From a virus (Duplodnaviria; Heunggongvirae; Uroviricota; Caudoviricetes), in IMG/VR virus record IMGVR_UViG_2671180847_000009: DNA of 34,419 nucleotides. The stretch is one strand, 5' to 3'. The position numbers and the translations under genes were made by a program. This document shows positions 33,424 through 34,419 of the stretch, piece by piece (positions within the stretch are counted from its first letter, which is position 1; every line of letters starts with the position of its first letter). Below the pieces are notes generated by a model. That model had not been told where the DNA came from and searched no databases. It saw only the letters and a list, made by a program, of their open reading frames with translations.

Positions 33424-34419
33424 ATGTCGATTAAGAAGCTCGCTAATGGCAAATTTTGTGTGGACGTGCGGCCTGCTGGATCAGAAGGAAAGAGATTCAG
33501 GCGGCGATTTGATACTCGTGGTGAGGCTGTTTTGTATGAGCGTCATGTATTGCAGCATTACCACGACAAAGACTGGGTTGATAAGCCAACAGAACGGCGG
33601 TCGCTGAGGGAGCTGCTGGATTGTTGGTGGTTGTATCACGGTAAAAATCATCCTTACGGTGCGATGGAGCGAGTGCGTATTGCTGCGGTCATTAGTGATC
33701 TTGAAAGTATTAATGTTACACGCAGTGATCAACTTACTCGTAAAAACATAATTAATTATCGGTTATTGTTGCTTAACCGCGGAATAAAACAATCCACGGT
33801 TAATCGTTATTGCGCAATGATGAGTGGTTTTTTCACAAAACTAATTGACGCAGAGGAATATTCTGGGGCTAATCCGTTTCATGATGTGAAAAAACTTAAT
33901 ATCAAACAGCCTGAAATGGCTTATTTGTATCATGAAGATATTCCACGATTACTGGAGTTGTTATCAGGTGATGAATTAAAAGCCGTCTTGTTGTGTTTGG
34001 CAACAGGTGGAAGATGGGGTGAAGTTGCAAATATCAAGGGGGAGCATGTTATTAGCGGCAAAGTCATTTTTATGGAAACAAAAAATGGGAAGCGTCGCGT
34101 TATACCTATATCGTCAGAACTGGAGTGCATGATTAAAACAAAGGCCACTGGTCGTTTAATTTATCCAAGTTATTCTGCTGTCAGAACGGCTATCAGAAAG
34201 GTGAGGCCCGATCTTCCTGAAGGGCAGTCGATACATGTTTTACGGCATACCTTTGCTACTCACTTCATGATTAATGGTGGGAATATCATCACGTTGCAGA
34301 GAATACTTGGACATAGCACTATTCAGCAGACGATGACTTATGCCCATTTTGCACCGGATTATCTGCAGGATGCTGTGCGCTTTAATCCTGTGGCTGAGTT
34401 GTCCAGATATTGCCCATAA
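33424..34419 (+). CDS. int: Tyrosine integrase, P2 Int-like (331 aa)
   Basis: Start MSIKKLANGKF with GGAGGG RBS; near colinear with P2 Int (MAIKKLDDGRYEVDIRP...) including HxLRHTFATHFMINGGxIITLQRILGH and catalytic Tyr in MTYAHFAP; stop at window end. Confidence 0.85.
   Translation: MSIKKLANGKFCVDVRPAGSEGKRFRRRFDTRGEAVLYERHVLQHYHDKDWVDKPTERRSLRELLDCWWLYHGKNHPYGAMERVRIAAVISDLESINVTRSDQLTRKNIINYRLLLLNRGIKQSTVNRYCAMMSGFFTKLIDAEEYSGANPFHDVKKLNIKQPEMAYLYHEDIPRLLELLSGDELKAVLLCLATGGRWGEVANIKGEHVISGKVIFMETKNGKRRVIPISSELECMIKTKATGRLIYPSYSAVRTAIRKVRPDLPEGQSIHVLRHTFATHFMINGGNIITLQRILGHSTIQQTMTYAHFAPDYLQDAVRFNPVAELSRYCP

Noticed and set aside
1-34419. CRISPR array or other short tandem repeat arrays
   Set aside because: No regularly spaced direct repeats with unique spacers seen anywhere; the only direct repeats are the two 33-bp copies near parM and the TTTACG triplet in the left flank.

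Overview
Almost the entire window (about 1.5 kb to the right edge at 34,419) is an integrated P2-like (Peduovirus-type) prophage of an enterobacterial host; the first ~1-1.5 kb looks like host flank. All calls are from reading the sequence and ORF track and from recalled protein-family motifs; no BLAST, HMM or RNA-folding search was run. Layout, left to right: two small host-like genes (DUF4177-like, YidD-like) and a hairpin-rich non-coding stretch; a long minus-strand late operon (tail/baseplate genes, two tail-fibre plus chaperone pairs, tape measure, tail chaperone with a -1 frameshift site, an embedded holin/endolysin cassette, tube, sheath, tail completion, then P2-type head genes L, M, N, O); divergent P and Q (large terminase, portal); a probable cos region; a cargo hotspot between Q and the replication gene A holding an Ogr/Delta-type zinc-finger gene, an Rrf2-family regulator, a small unknown gene and an R1-type ParM/ParR partition pair with upstream iteron-like repeats; gene A; a run of small early genes of unknown function with a structured intergenic element; and the Cox-like / C repressor / integrase immunity-integration module. 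The most likely place for an undescribed system is the Q-A hotspot cargo (23.4-25.9 kb), followed by the unknown early genes (29.3-32.5 kb) and the 237-aa gene after the tail-fibre genes. The tail module is rearranged relative to canonical P2 and several tail protein labels are positional guesses.
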